A DNA stretch of 40,965 bases from a virus, in the IMG/VR virus record IMGVR_UViG_3300045988_118480, positions 1-40,965 of that record; one strand, written 5' to 3'. The first letter of the stretch is position 1, and each line of letters starts with the position of its first letter. Shown here in pieces: positions 13,888-21,301 of this stretch. Below the pieces are notes generated by a model, which made no database searches, was not told the DNA's origin, and saw only the letters and a program-made list of their open reading frames with translations. Made by a program: the position numbers and the translations under genes.

Positions 13888-14199
13888 TCACATATCCCTA
13901 TACAGGGACTGATAATGCTTTGCTTTCTGGGCGTTTTCTATCTGCCGCTCATGCAGATAGTCATAGACGGCCTGCATAGCTTCGGGCGGCTCTCCCTTTG
14001 CCTTGCGGTATTTCTCGATCTCTCCAGCGACCTCGTCATGCAGGAGGCTCATATGCCTCATCTCATCGGTCGAGAGGTCAAAAAATGTTTTTGCAAGGGT
14101 CGGGTCATCGTCCTTGTACTTGAGTGCGCATTTAGCGTACTTCTCGGCGTCCTCGATCTCATCGTCGATCATGGCCGACAGCTTTTTTATCAGCTCCAT
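13888..14199 (-). CDS. Helical-bundle protein with a ferritin-like E...ExxH pattern (103 aa)
   Basis: MELIKKLSAMIDDEIEDAEKY...LSTDEMRHMSLLHDE. SD aaggag. Confidence 0.6.
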   Translation of the reverse strand: MELIKKLSAMIDDEIEDAEKYAKCALKYKDDDPTLAKTFFDLSTDEMRHMSLLHDEVAGEIEKYRKAKGEPPEAMQAVYDYLHERQIENAQKAKHYQSLYRDM

Positions 14200-14209
14200 A
14201 ATGCGCTCC

Positions 14210-14611
14210 TTACAGTTTCTCGACCGTGACGGCGAGGTTGTTGACCGTCGCGGCGACGCCATCGAGGGCGAGGGACAGGATCGAGTTGCCGCAGCCGCAG
14301 ATATTGCGGACAATAGCGGTTATCGACAGATTTGTTGTCGTTGCTGCGGCGGCGACCGTTGCCGACGCTGTGGCGCCGATAATCGCCACGCCGTCCTTTT
14401 GCGCAGATAGGGCGACCGTACCGGCGGCCGAAGGTGTGACCGTGGCCGAGATATTAATCAGGTAATAGCCCTGGCCGCAAAGGGTGATCGTGTTGCCGTC
14501 CTGCTTGATGCAGTTTCCGTAGCGTCTTGTCGTTACGCCTACCGGGACAACAGAGCCCGCGGGGACTACAGGGGTAGATGTGTTTGTGGTATATATAGCG
14601 GATCTTGCCAT
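14210..14611 (-). CDS. Beta-rich protein, possibly a C1q/TNF-like (BclA-C-like) jelly roll (133 aa)
   Basis: Alternating Thr/Val/Ala strands, GYYLINISATVTPSAAGTV, ending in VTVEKL. SD aaaggagaa. Confidence 0.55.
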   Translation of the reverse strand: MARSAIYTTNTSTPVVPAGSVVPVGVTTRRYGNCIKQDGNTITLCGQGYYLINISATVTPSAAGTVALSAQKDGVAIIGATASATVAAAATTTNLSITAIVRNICGCGNSILSLALDGVAATVNNLAVTVEKL

Positions 14612-14632
14612 GTGTTTTCTCCTTTCTTTTTT

Positions 14633-14667
14633 TCAAAAAGGCAGGGCGGATATTCCCGCCCTGCCTT
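14633..14667 (-). terminator. Rho-independent terminator (minus strand)
   Basis: aaggcagggcgg-N6-ccgccctgcctt followed on the minus strand by TTTTG. Confidence 0.6.
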
Positions 14668-14699
14668 GCCTCGCCGATAGGGCGTTACTGCCTATTGGG

Positions 14700-15350
14700 T
14701 TAGATATTGCCGTTGCATCCGCAGCCGCTATTGCAGCCGCAAAACGGCGACGCGCCGGCGTTATATGTGTATCCCATCGGATACCTTACGACGCCGCAAA
14801 AACGGGAATCCATCTCAAGGCTGTTGATCTTGTCCCTAAGGGCCTGGATCTCGTTAGTCTGGATGAGCGCGCGGGTTGCCTCGCCCTCTGCGTGGATAGC
14901 AGATGTGATATCACATGTCTGTCTATCCATCTGGGCAGACAGGTTGGCGGTCGCCAGCCTCTGCTCGCAGCAGCAGTTAGCGAGCTGCTGCTGTATAGCG
15001 TTGCCTGTCGACATAATGGTCTGGCCGAGGTTGGACTGTCCAAGGGCTACCTCCTTGCCGAGCTGGCCGATATTGCCCTGCATCTCATAGCCGAGGTTGC
15101 AGATGCCGTTGCCGATGTTGGTCAGGCGGTCGTTGATCTGGCCAAACTGCTGACCAAAGAGTATCTCCTGCTGCGAGGCGGCCGTTGCGTACTGGCCGAA
15201 TTCGCCCTGGCGGTTAAAGCCGTTGCCGCCGTTAAATCCCCAAAAGAGGAACAGCAGCACCAGCCATATGGCGCCGTTTCCGCCCCAACCGTCATTCTCT
15301 TTTGTGATAGCAGCGAGGTCGGACAGACTATAGTTATCCGTAAAAATCAT
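14700..15350 (-). CDS. Membrane protein with a Q/N/G-rich coiled region and a Cys-rich C-terminus (216 aa)
   Basis: TM segment AIWLVLLFLFWGF, repeated GQ/NIG segments, and the end FCGCNSGCGCNGNI. Confidence 0.6.
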   Translation of the reverse strand: MIFTDNYSLSDLAAITKENDGWGGNGAIWLVLLFLFWGFNGGNGFNRQGEFGQYATAASQQEILFGQQFGQINDRLTNIGNGICNLGYEMQGNIGQLGKEVALGQSNLGQTIMSTGNAIQQQLANCCCEQRLATANLSAQMDRQTCDITSAIHAEGEATRALIQTNEIQALRDKINSLEMDSRFCGVVRYPMGYTYNAGASPFCGCNSGCGCNGNI

Positions 15351-15390
15351 CCTTTCTTAATCTATTCTCAAGCCGTTGCGCACCGGCCTG

Positions 15391-15418
15391 TTGACAAAGC
15401 AAATAGTAATATTATAAT
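15391..15418 (+). promoter_or_regulatory. Near-consensus promoter (TTGACA, 16-nt spacer, TATAAT) for the HNH gene
   Basis: -35 at 15391..15396 and -10 at 15413..15418. Confidence 0.7.
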
Positions 15419-15440
15419 TAAAACCACAAGGAGGGATCTG

Positions 15441-16034
15441 ATGGAAAATTGGAAACCCGTTGTCGGTTTTGAAAGTGTATATGAGGTAAGCGATGCGGGA
15501 GATGTACGGTGCATTAACCAGCCTGATAAGTATCGCAAAGTGTCAACGTCAAGGACCGGTTATCAATTTGTCCGCTTATACACTCCCGAAGGGGAACGAA
15601 AGAATAAGTTTGTCCATCGTTTGGTCGCTGATGCATTTATTCCTAACCCCAACCAGAAAACACAAGTAAATCACAAGGACGGAAACAAATCAAACAATCG
15701 CGTCGACAATCTTGAGTGGGTTACCCCGGCCGAAAATATCAAACATGCTTTCGCGTGTTTGGGACGTACCAGCCCGCAAAAAGGTGTCACTGGTAAGCAA
15801 AACAAAAACTCTATCCCGGTCTATCAATATTCTCTCGATGGAAACTTTGTTAAAGCCTATGATGGGGTTTCCGATGCTGCGAGAGCTATTGGGTGCAATG
15901 CTTGCTCGATAATCAGCGTCATTGTCGGTCGAAATGTCACCTGTCATGGTTATTTATGGTCATACACGCGGGCAGACCGTATTGACAATACCCGGGTCGA
16001 GCAACGCAAAACCCATAAAAAATGGGGCTTATAA
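15441..16034 (+). CDS. Free-standing HNH homing endonuclease (NUMOD4 plus HNH_3 type; 197 aa)
   Basis: WKPVVGFESVYEVSDAGDVR; FVHRLVADAFIPNP...VNHKDGNKSNNRVDNLEWVTPAENIKHA. SD aaggaggg. Confidence 0.9.
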   Translation: MENWKPVVGFESVYEVSDAGDVRCINQPDKYRKVSTSRTGYQFVRLYTPEGERKNKFVHRLVADAFIPNPNQKTQVNHKDGNKSNNRVDNLEWVTPAENIKHAFACLGRTSPQKGVTGKQNKNSIPVYQYSLDGNFVKAYDGVSDAARAIGCNACSIISVIVGRNVTCHGYLWSYTRADRIDNTRVEQRKTHKKWGL

Positions 16035-16039
16035 CTCTC

Positions 16040-16255
16040 TTACTTGAAAATCTCCATAAAGGATTTTGCCTGTTGTTTGAGTTGCTCAAACTGATCCTTT
16101 GACATCTGCCCGGATTGCAGCAGACGGTTGACCTCTTGTTCGGCCTGCTGGGGCGTTATACCGGACGCAAAACGCTTAAACTCGGCTATCATCTGCAAGG
16201 GGTTGCTGGGTCTGCTGGGCGGCGTCTGCGGCGCCCCGAATATGCTGCTGGCCAT
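16040..16255 (-). CDS. Hypothetical protein (71 aa; start uncertain)
   Basis: An ORF with a weak SD that overlaps the upstream ORF by 80 nt. Confidence 0.45.
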   Translation of the reverse strand: MASSIFGAPQTPPSRPSNPLQMIAEFKRFASGITPQQAEQEVNRLLQSGQMSKDQFEQLKQQAKSFMEIFK

Positions 16256-16610
16256 TTAGCACCAATCCTTTCAGTTCCTCAAACTCACTCCGGGTGACAT
16301 ATTCGCCGGCCGGGGCCAGTGTCTGATCGTCGCAGGGCGAAAACCTAAATCGCCGGATACTGGCAAAGCCCGCGCCGTCGGTCGTCTTAATGTAAAAATA
16401 ATCCTCATTGGCATCAAAGAGCGCCACGGCCGCATTTGCGCCCATCTGGTAAGCCTGCGCGCCGGGGATCCCGTTGACCCGGATGATCTGGCCGCTTGCG
16501 GCCTGCTGCCCCATGCCGGGCGGCTGTGCGCCCATTGTCATAGCGTTGAGCCTGTCCATATATGGGTTGTTATATGGCATGCCCTGATACGGTGAGTTAT
16601 AATACGCCAT
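16176..16610 (-). CDS. Hypothetical protein with a Y/P/N/Q-rich N-terminus (144 aa)
   Basis: SD aaggag sits 8 nt before ATG 16610. The track start at 16616 is GTG. Confidence 0.6.
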   Translation of the reverse strand: MAYYNSPYQGMPYNNPYMDRLNAMTMGAQPPGMGQQAASGQIIRVNGIPGAQAYQMGANAAVALFDANEDYFYIKTTDGAGFASIRRFRFSPCDDQTLAPAGEYVTRSEFEELKGLVLNGQQHIRGAADAAQQTQQPLADDSRV

Positions 16611-16707
16611 AGTCACAGCTCCTTTTATCTGTCTATATCCATTGTAATCAACTCACGGTAATATTTTCGGCCGACCATCTGCCCGATTGCGTCCAGTTTT
16701 CGGGCAG

Positions 16708-16737
16708 AAAAAAAGCGCCCCGCACACGCGGGGCGCT
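16708..16737 (-). terminator. Rho-independent terminator (minus strand)
   Basis: A 10-bp GC stem (agcgccccgc/gcggggcgct) with an acac loop, followed on the minus strand by a T7 run. Confidence 0.85.
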
Positions 16738-16741
16738 TGTC

Positions 16742-17050
16742 TTATATTTGGCTTTGGATTTTTGCGAGAGCGCTCTTATAACGCCGTCGCGCCGTTCGCT
16801 CGGATATGCGCAGGTCGTCACCGATCTCGCAAAAGGTCTTGCGGGACGACATTTTTGCTTTGACGACCTGGATCTCTTCGGCGTCAAGCAATGTGCCGTC
16901 GAGGATATCTTGCAGGTCGGCGGCGCCGGTCACTTTGGCCAGTTGGTGTTTTGTCGCTATGTGCTGGGATCGCGGATGATTGCGTTGGTACTCTTGATGC
17001 AGCAGCTCCATAAGCAGCCTGCATAGGGTTGTGCTATCCATCCCACCCAT
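16742..17050 (-). CDS. Small sigma70-region-4 / LuxR-type HTH protein (102 aa)
   Basis: LDAEEIQVVKAKMSSRKTFCEIGDDLRISERTARRRYKSALAKI. Confidence 0.65.
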   Translation of the reverse strand: MGGMDSTTLCRLLMELLHQEYQRNHPRSQHIATKHQLAKVTGAADLQDILDGTLLDAEEIQVVKAKMSSRKTFCEIGDDLRISERTARRRYKSALAKIQSQI

Positions 17051-17053
17051 AGA

Positions 17054-17815
17054 CTACTCCAACTTTTCCAGCGCGCGGACTATCATGGCCATTACCTCTT
17101 CGCGCGTTGTCAGCGCGCGTGGGCTGCTGCCGTCGGTGACGCCGTAGGCCTGTGCCTTGCCGATGACATCCTGATGCTCGGCCCACGCGCTGGCCGGCAG
17201 TTTGGCCCGCCGGGCAAGGTAATTATCCATCAGCTTATCAAACTGATCCTGTGTCATGTCTGCCTCCTCAAAAATGTGATATCTGGGGCTGCGCGACCGG
17301 CAGTCGTTGTCAAGCCACTCGGGCAACACATAGATATTCTCACCTATGACCGTGACCCGGCCCTTGCGGCCGGGCTTATCGTATTTGCCGTCATAATAGC
17401 CGGGGTCATGGACCCTCAGCTTGCCCGCCGTTATGCCGCGGACGACGACATAATGTCCGCCGGTCGAAAAGAGGCCGGTATACCCGGCGCGGTCGCCGCC
17501 GACGTTGGCTATCACCCACGCGCCATCCCTGAGGGCCGATACCATATCATCGAGGCTTGATGTCGTGCGGTATTTAATGCCGTAATCCCGAGAGACGACG
17601 CGGCCAAGGACGGCCATATCGGTGCCGGTCGACACCCTCGCGCCCCGATCTATGGCATATGCCGCCATGGCCTTCGGCCCATGCCGCCCGCCGGTCAGTC
17701 CCTCGACGACCATCGACATGCAGCAGACCCCGCAGCCGGAGGTCTTGACGGTCGCGTTGGGGTGGGCGGCATGAGGATAGGGGACGGCGGCGTATCTGTT
17801 CTGGTTATAATACAT
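17054..17815 (-). CDS. Endolysin: papain-fold (C39-like) cysteine peptidase domain plus an SLH-like C-terminal repeat (253 aa)
   Basis: TSGCGVCCMSMVV...GGHYVVVRGI...VHDP. C-terminus ASAWAEHQDVIGKAQAYGVTDGSSPRALTTREEVMAMIVRAL. It is adjacent to the holin. Confidence 0.8.
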   Translation of the reverse strand: MYYNQNRYAAVPYPHAAHPNATVKTSGCGVCCMSMVVEGLTGGRHGPKAMAAYAIDRGARVSTGTDMAVLGRVVSRDYGIKYRTTSSLDDMVSALRDGAWVIANVGGDRAGYTGLFSTGGHYVVVRGITAGKLRVHDPGYYDGKYDKPGRKGRVTVIGENIYVLPEWLDNDCRSRSPRYHIFEEADMTQDQFDKLMDNYLARRAKLPASAWAEHQDVIGKAQAYGVTDGSSPRALTTREEVMAMIVRALEKLE

Positions 17816-18108
17816 TATTCCGTTTTATTGGACTGTTTGATGAGCTGGTCGACATAGACGCTGGCCCCGGCGCAGAGCGCGCCCTGGGTGACGGCGGTGA
17901 AGCACACCATAAGGCCGTCCTGCCACGATGTCAGCTGCGCCCCGGCAAGCACATACACGACGGCCAGCAGCACGCCGCAGGCCCCCAGCAGCAGCGGGAT
18001 ATACTTGTCACTTACCGTCTGGGACTTTTTGAGGGCGCAGCCCAGCAGATAGAGCACCGGCACAAGCACAAGCAGCTCGGGCCGGACGAAATCCATAATA
18101 TAATCCAT
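17815..18108 (-). CDS. Holin (Clostridia phage holin family, Hol44-like; 97 aa)
   Basis: MDFVRPELLVLVPVLYLLGCALKKS...DKYIPLLLGACGVLLAVVYVL...GASVYVDQLIKQ. Three hydrophobic segments. Confidence 0.8.
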   Translation of the reverse strand: MDYIMDFVRPELLVLVPVLYLLGCALKKSQTVSDKYIPLLLGACGVLLAVVYVLAGAQLTSWQDGLMVCFTAVTQGALCAGASVYVDQLIKQSNKTE

Positions 18109-18118
18109 GTTGTCCTCC

Positions 18119-18346
18119 TTAGTGGTTCCGGGCCTCGTCCTCGAGGTCGGCTATACGATGGTTGATGACCTTGATCTGTTCTTCGACGACCGGCATGCGG
18201 CGGGCAAAGTTATTGTGTTCGCGCACCTCGCGGGTCAGCTCGTCAAGGCGGGTCTCTGTGACGGCGGCATGCTTGCTATTGGCGATAATGACGCCGACAA
18301 GGGTTATCCCGCTCGATATGACAGCCGTGATGATGCTCTCCATCAT
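18119..18346 (-). CDS. Small membrane protein with a coiled coil (BhlA/UviB-like architecture; 75 aa)
   Basis: N-terminal TM segment IITAVISSGITLVGVIIA followed by a heptad-like helix. Located in the lysis cassette. Confidence 0.6.
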   Translation of the reverse strand: MMESIITAVISSGITLVGVIIANSKHAAVTETRLDELTREVREHNNFARRMPVVEEQIKVINHRIADLEDEARNH

Positions 18347-19320
18347 TTTGCCTCCTTGAGGCTGTCATACAGCCGGACCATGATGCTTGCGGCCTGCTGC
18401 CTCGTCAGCGGGGCGGTCGGGTCAAAAAGATCGTCGTGCCCCGACATGAGCCCCAGCTCGCGGGCGCGGTATACGTCGGCCTTATGTGCCGGGTTGATGC
18501 TGCTGTCGTCCTTATACTTGTATGTCTCCATACGCACATACCTTTCTATCTCTATTTCTTCGGGCGGCGGGAGGATAGGCAGCCCCCAGCCCATGCGGGC
18601 GTCCTTGACACCCGGCTCATTGATCGGCCGGGCGCAGTCGCGCAGCAGCCTATACATCATATCATGGTCGAGGGGACGGCCGGTCCGGGCTATGGCAAGG
18701 TCATTGACCAGGGCGGCCATACCGCAGATGACCGGGCATGCACAGGACGTGCCGTTAAATATCCGGCCAGGCTCGCCGACATATATGTCGGTCACTCCGG
18801 CAAAGTCGACGTGATCGCTTGCCGAGGTATAACCCGCTTCGACTGGGGTTATTTCCGCTCCGGGGACGGGCACGCCGCCCCGGCTCTCGCTTGCAATCAG
18901 CCGGACAGCGCCGACGCCATAGACCCGCTCGGCCGCCATCATGGGATTATTCCGGTCGGCGCTGTGGTTCCCGGCCGAGACAAAGAGGGTGCAATAAGCC
19001 GGGAGCTTGCCGTCGATCTCTTTGCGCCATGCGCCGTTGCCACCATACCATGATATGGAGGCGTACATGCTGTCGGCATCAAGGCTCTCGATCAGACCAA
19101 CAAGACCGTCGACGTCGCCGCCTGTCAGGTCGCCGTATACGACCCGGCGGCCGGGCGCGATCTCATGCAGCACGGCAAGGGTTTTCCGGGCGTGAGATTC
19201 CTTCCCCGCGCCCTCGATCTCTTCGGCTGTCAGTGTGCAGCCCCGGGCGCCGGTATACCCGGCGTCGTGCCATGCCGTCACGCCGAGGTAATCGCGTATC
19301 CAGTCATTTTTACTGTCCAT
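18343..19320 (-). CDS. Subtilisin-like (S8) peptidase-family protein with a C-terminal SLH-like repeat (325 aa)
   Basis: GTSCACPVICGMAALV (Ser motif) and SAGNHS (Asn motif). The expected Asp-box region is atypical. C-terminus NPAHKADVYRARELGLMSGHDDLFDPTAPLTRQQAASIMVRL. Confidence 0.7.
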   Translation of the reverse strand: MDSKNDWIRDYLGVTAWHDAGYTGARGCTLTAEEIEGAGKESHARKTLAVLHEIAPGRRVVYGDLTGGDVDGLVGLIESLDADSMYASISWYGGNGAWRKEIDGKLPAYCTLFVSAGNHSADRNNPMMAAERVYGVGAVRLIASESRGGVPVPGAEITPVEAGYTSASDHVDFAGVTDIYVGEPGRIFNGTSCACPVICGMAALVNDLAIARTGRPLDHDMMYRLLRDCARPINEPGVKDARMGWGLPILPPPEEIEIERYVRMETYKYKDDSSINPAHKADVYRARELGLMSGHDDLFDPTAPLTRQQAASIMVRLYDSLKEAK

Positions 19321-19465
19321 CTGTCCCCTCCAGCATTGCCGTCAGGCTGTTGTACTCTTCGACCGTCAGGCGGTCGTTGGCAAGATAGGCGTCCATCTTG
19401 TCGATCAGGCCATCCGTGCGGCCGCGGGCTATAAGCAGCTTACAGAGATCATATACACTCTTCAT
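19310..19465 (-). CDS. XkdX-like small protein (51 aa; not in the ORF track)
   Basis: My manual translation gives MKSVYDLCKLLIARGRTDGLIDKMDAYLANDRLTVEEYNSLTAMLEGTDGQ. It is ATGA-coupled to the upstream gene and overlaps the next start by 11 nt. Confidence 0.5.
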   Translation of the reverse strand: MKSVYDLCKLLIARGRTDGLIDKMDAYLANDRLTVEEYNSLTAMLEGTDGQ

Positions 19466-19680
19466 TTCGTCGTTTCACCCCCGTTCAGTTCGGACATGCA
19501 GAGCCGGTATTCGTGGTCGGCCAGCAGGTCGAGGATAACGTCGGTCTCGGAGGGTGGCAAATATTTGTCTCCTATCTTGGCCCCGTCGTACCACTCTTTT
19601 GCGCTTATCTTTTCGGCGATGTCTGGCTCTGCCTCGATTATATTGGTTATCACCTTGTCTGTGACTATAAGATATCTCAT
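19462..19680 (-). CDS. Hypothetical protein (72 aa), tail-fibre-adjacent
   Basis: SD aaggggg precedes ATG 19680. Confidence 0.6.
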   Translation of the reverse strand: MRYLIVTDKVITNIIEAEPDIAEKISAKEWYDGAKIGDKYLPPSETDVILDLLADHEYRLCMSELNGGETTK

Positions 19681-19696
19681 GATGTAGCCCCCTTGC

Positions 19697-20794
19697 TTAG
19701 TGGTATATCCTCATCCCGATGTAGCCGCTTTTACCCGCAGGACCATACCCAGAGGCTTGCTCGTCCTCGCCCATGTACGGTATTGAGCCTCCTCCACCGC
19801 TGCCGCCACCCGGTTTTGTTGCGCTCTCTCCATTCTCCGCTCCACCTCCACCGGCACCTCCACCGCCAGCTCCGCCAGCTCCGCCGCTCTTCCTGTTCCC
19901 ATATGCACCACCGCCGCCTGCTCCGCCAAAAAGTTCTGTTTCTGTAAATGATATAAACGCCGGGAATCCATCTTCGCCTGCGATACCGTTAGCGGTTGAT
20001 GTCCTATATCCGCCCCCCTTTGCTTGCTGGCCGCTCGCCGATGTTTTCCCAAAAGCTTCTGTATCGCCGCCAACTCCACCATTTCTGGTGCCACCCGCTC
20101 CAATTTGGGCGGTGTACTCTACATTTGCGCTAAAGTCCACATTTTCAAACGTTGCGACTTTTCCGCCGTCGCCGCCTGCACCGGAATGGCCTGTTGCGCT
20201 ACCGGAATATACCGTTCCCGGGTTTCCTCCATTCCCTCCGCCGACAAGCGATACGTCAACCCTTGTAGCAAGTGGTGACATAAGGACTGTTGCGGTCGTC
20301 TCAAAAGCCACAAAATCAATCAGCGTGCCGATAAGAGTAACAGCGGTGAATTTGCCTGCCGGTGTCGTGATGGTCTGCGATGGTATATTTATGTCTGTGT
20401 ACGGTTTTGCGGCAGCGATGGTCGTTTGTTCGGCGGCCGCAACACCAAACGCCGTACCGGTTGCGTCGGTTTTTGCTATGCCGCCGCTTACGGTTGTGAT
20501 ACCGGTTATTTCCACATCGGGTATCGGCGCTCCACCCTCTGTTTTAACTGTTACGGTTACGTACCGATTAGCCCCAATAAGCAGCTTGTTTATCAGCCGG
20601 AGCGTATCATTGACTGTGGCGTCGCCGGTCAGGCCATAGAGGGCGGCTGTGTCGTCGTTCAGCAGGGTGGCCTTGCTTAATGGCGTACCCTGTTCGGTCG
20701 CTTCGTCGGCGCGGACCATGTCGTATACGCTGGGCTGACCATCGACGGCAGTCAGCTTAACTCTGCCCGGATAGAGCGGTATTCTGTCTTTCAT
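19697..20794 (-). CDS. Tail fibre / receptor-binding protein with a glycine-rich C-terminal domain (365 aa)
   Basis: The N-terminus MKDRIPLYPGRVKLT...GTPLSKATLLNDDTAA is typical of Firmicutes phage fibres. The C-terminus carries GGGNGG/GAGGGG tracts. Confidence 0.75.
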   Translation of the reverse strand: MKDRIPLYPGRVKLTAVDGQPSVYDMVRADEATEQGTPLSKATLLNDDTAALYGLTGDATVNDTLRLINKLLIGANRYVTVTVKTEGGAPIPDVEITGITTVSGGIAKTDATGTAFGVAAAEQTTIAAAKPYTDINIPSQTITTPAGKFTAVTLIGTLIDFVAFETTATVLMSPLATRVDVSLVGGGNGGNPGTVYSGSATGHSGAGGDGGKVATFENVDFSANVEYTAQIGAGGTRNGGVGGDTEAFGKTSASGQQAKGGGYRTSTANGIAGEDGFPAFISFTETELFGGAGGGGAYGNRKSGGAGGAGGGGAGGGGAENGESATKPGGGSGGGGSIPYMGEDEQASGYGPAGKSGYIGMRIYH

Positions 20795-20797
20795 GTT

Positions 20798-21301
20798 TTA
20801 TCCTCCTATTTCCCCGGAATATATCTCGCCGCTGTAATACAATCCCTGTGATATGAGGGTCAGCAGGGCGTCGACATCAAGCAATATCTGCTCTATGTTG
20901 TTGGCCTCGACATAGGTCAAGCCGTCCATGCTGCCGGGCGCGGGCGGGGTCGAGGGCTTCACGGCCAGCGCCGCCCGAATGGCGGCTATATCTTGGCGAT
21001 AGCTCTCCATCTGCCCGGCCGTCGGGTCGTCGTCCTCGAGCCAGTCGTCCTTGGGCGCGACGGCGACCTTATAGCCGTGCTCATACAGCCGCCCGGTGAC
21101 ATACCGGACGGCCGCGCCGACCCGGTTGAGGTCGCTTGCGTTATATGCCCCCTTGAGGTCGAGTGCCCATTCGGTCTTTTCGGCGTCGGTCATCGTGCCA
21201 GATTGCCACTTGCGCAGCAGCACCCGGACGCGGTCGACATCGGCCCGTGTGCGGTCGGTTATGAGGTGCAGCTCAATGCTCCCGCGGCTGTTATTTGACA
21301 T
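20798..21301 (-). CDS. Tail-associated protein (167 aa)
   Basis: TDRTRADVDRV...KGAYNASDLNRV pattern. ATG 21301 overlaps the upstream stop as TGATG. The track start is TTG. Confidence 0.65.
   Translation of the reverse strand: MSNNSRGSIELHLITDRTRADVDRVRVLLRKWQSGTMTDAEKTEWALDLKGAYNASDLNRVGAAVRYVTGRLYEHGYKVAVAPKDDWLEDDDPTAGQMESYRQDIAAIRAALAVKPSTPPAPGSMDGLTYVEANNIEQILLDVDALLTLISQGLYYSGEIYSGEIGG

Noticed and set aside
14580-15440. N-terminal 287 codons of the 484-aa plus-strand ORF that ends as the HNH gene
   Set aside because: This part is antisense to 14700..15350 and Ala/Leu/Arg-rich. The HNH homology, SD and consensus promoter all begin at 15391..15441.
19773-20639. 288-aa proline-rich plus-strand ORF
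   Set aside because: It is the mirror image of the Gly-rich (GGN) coding region of the tail fibre gene on the minus strand.
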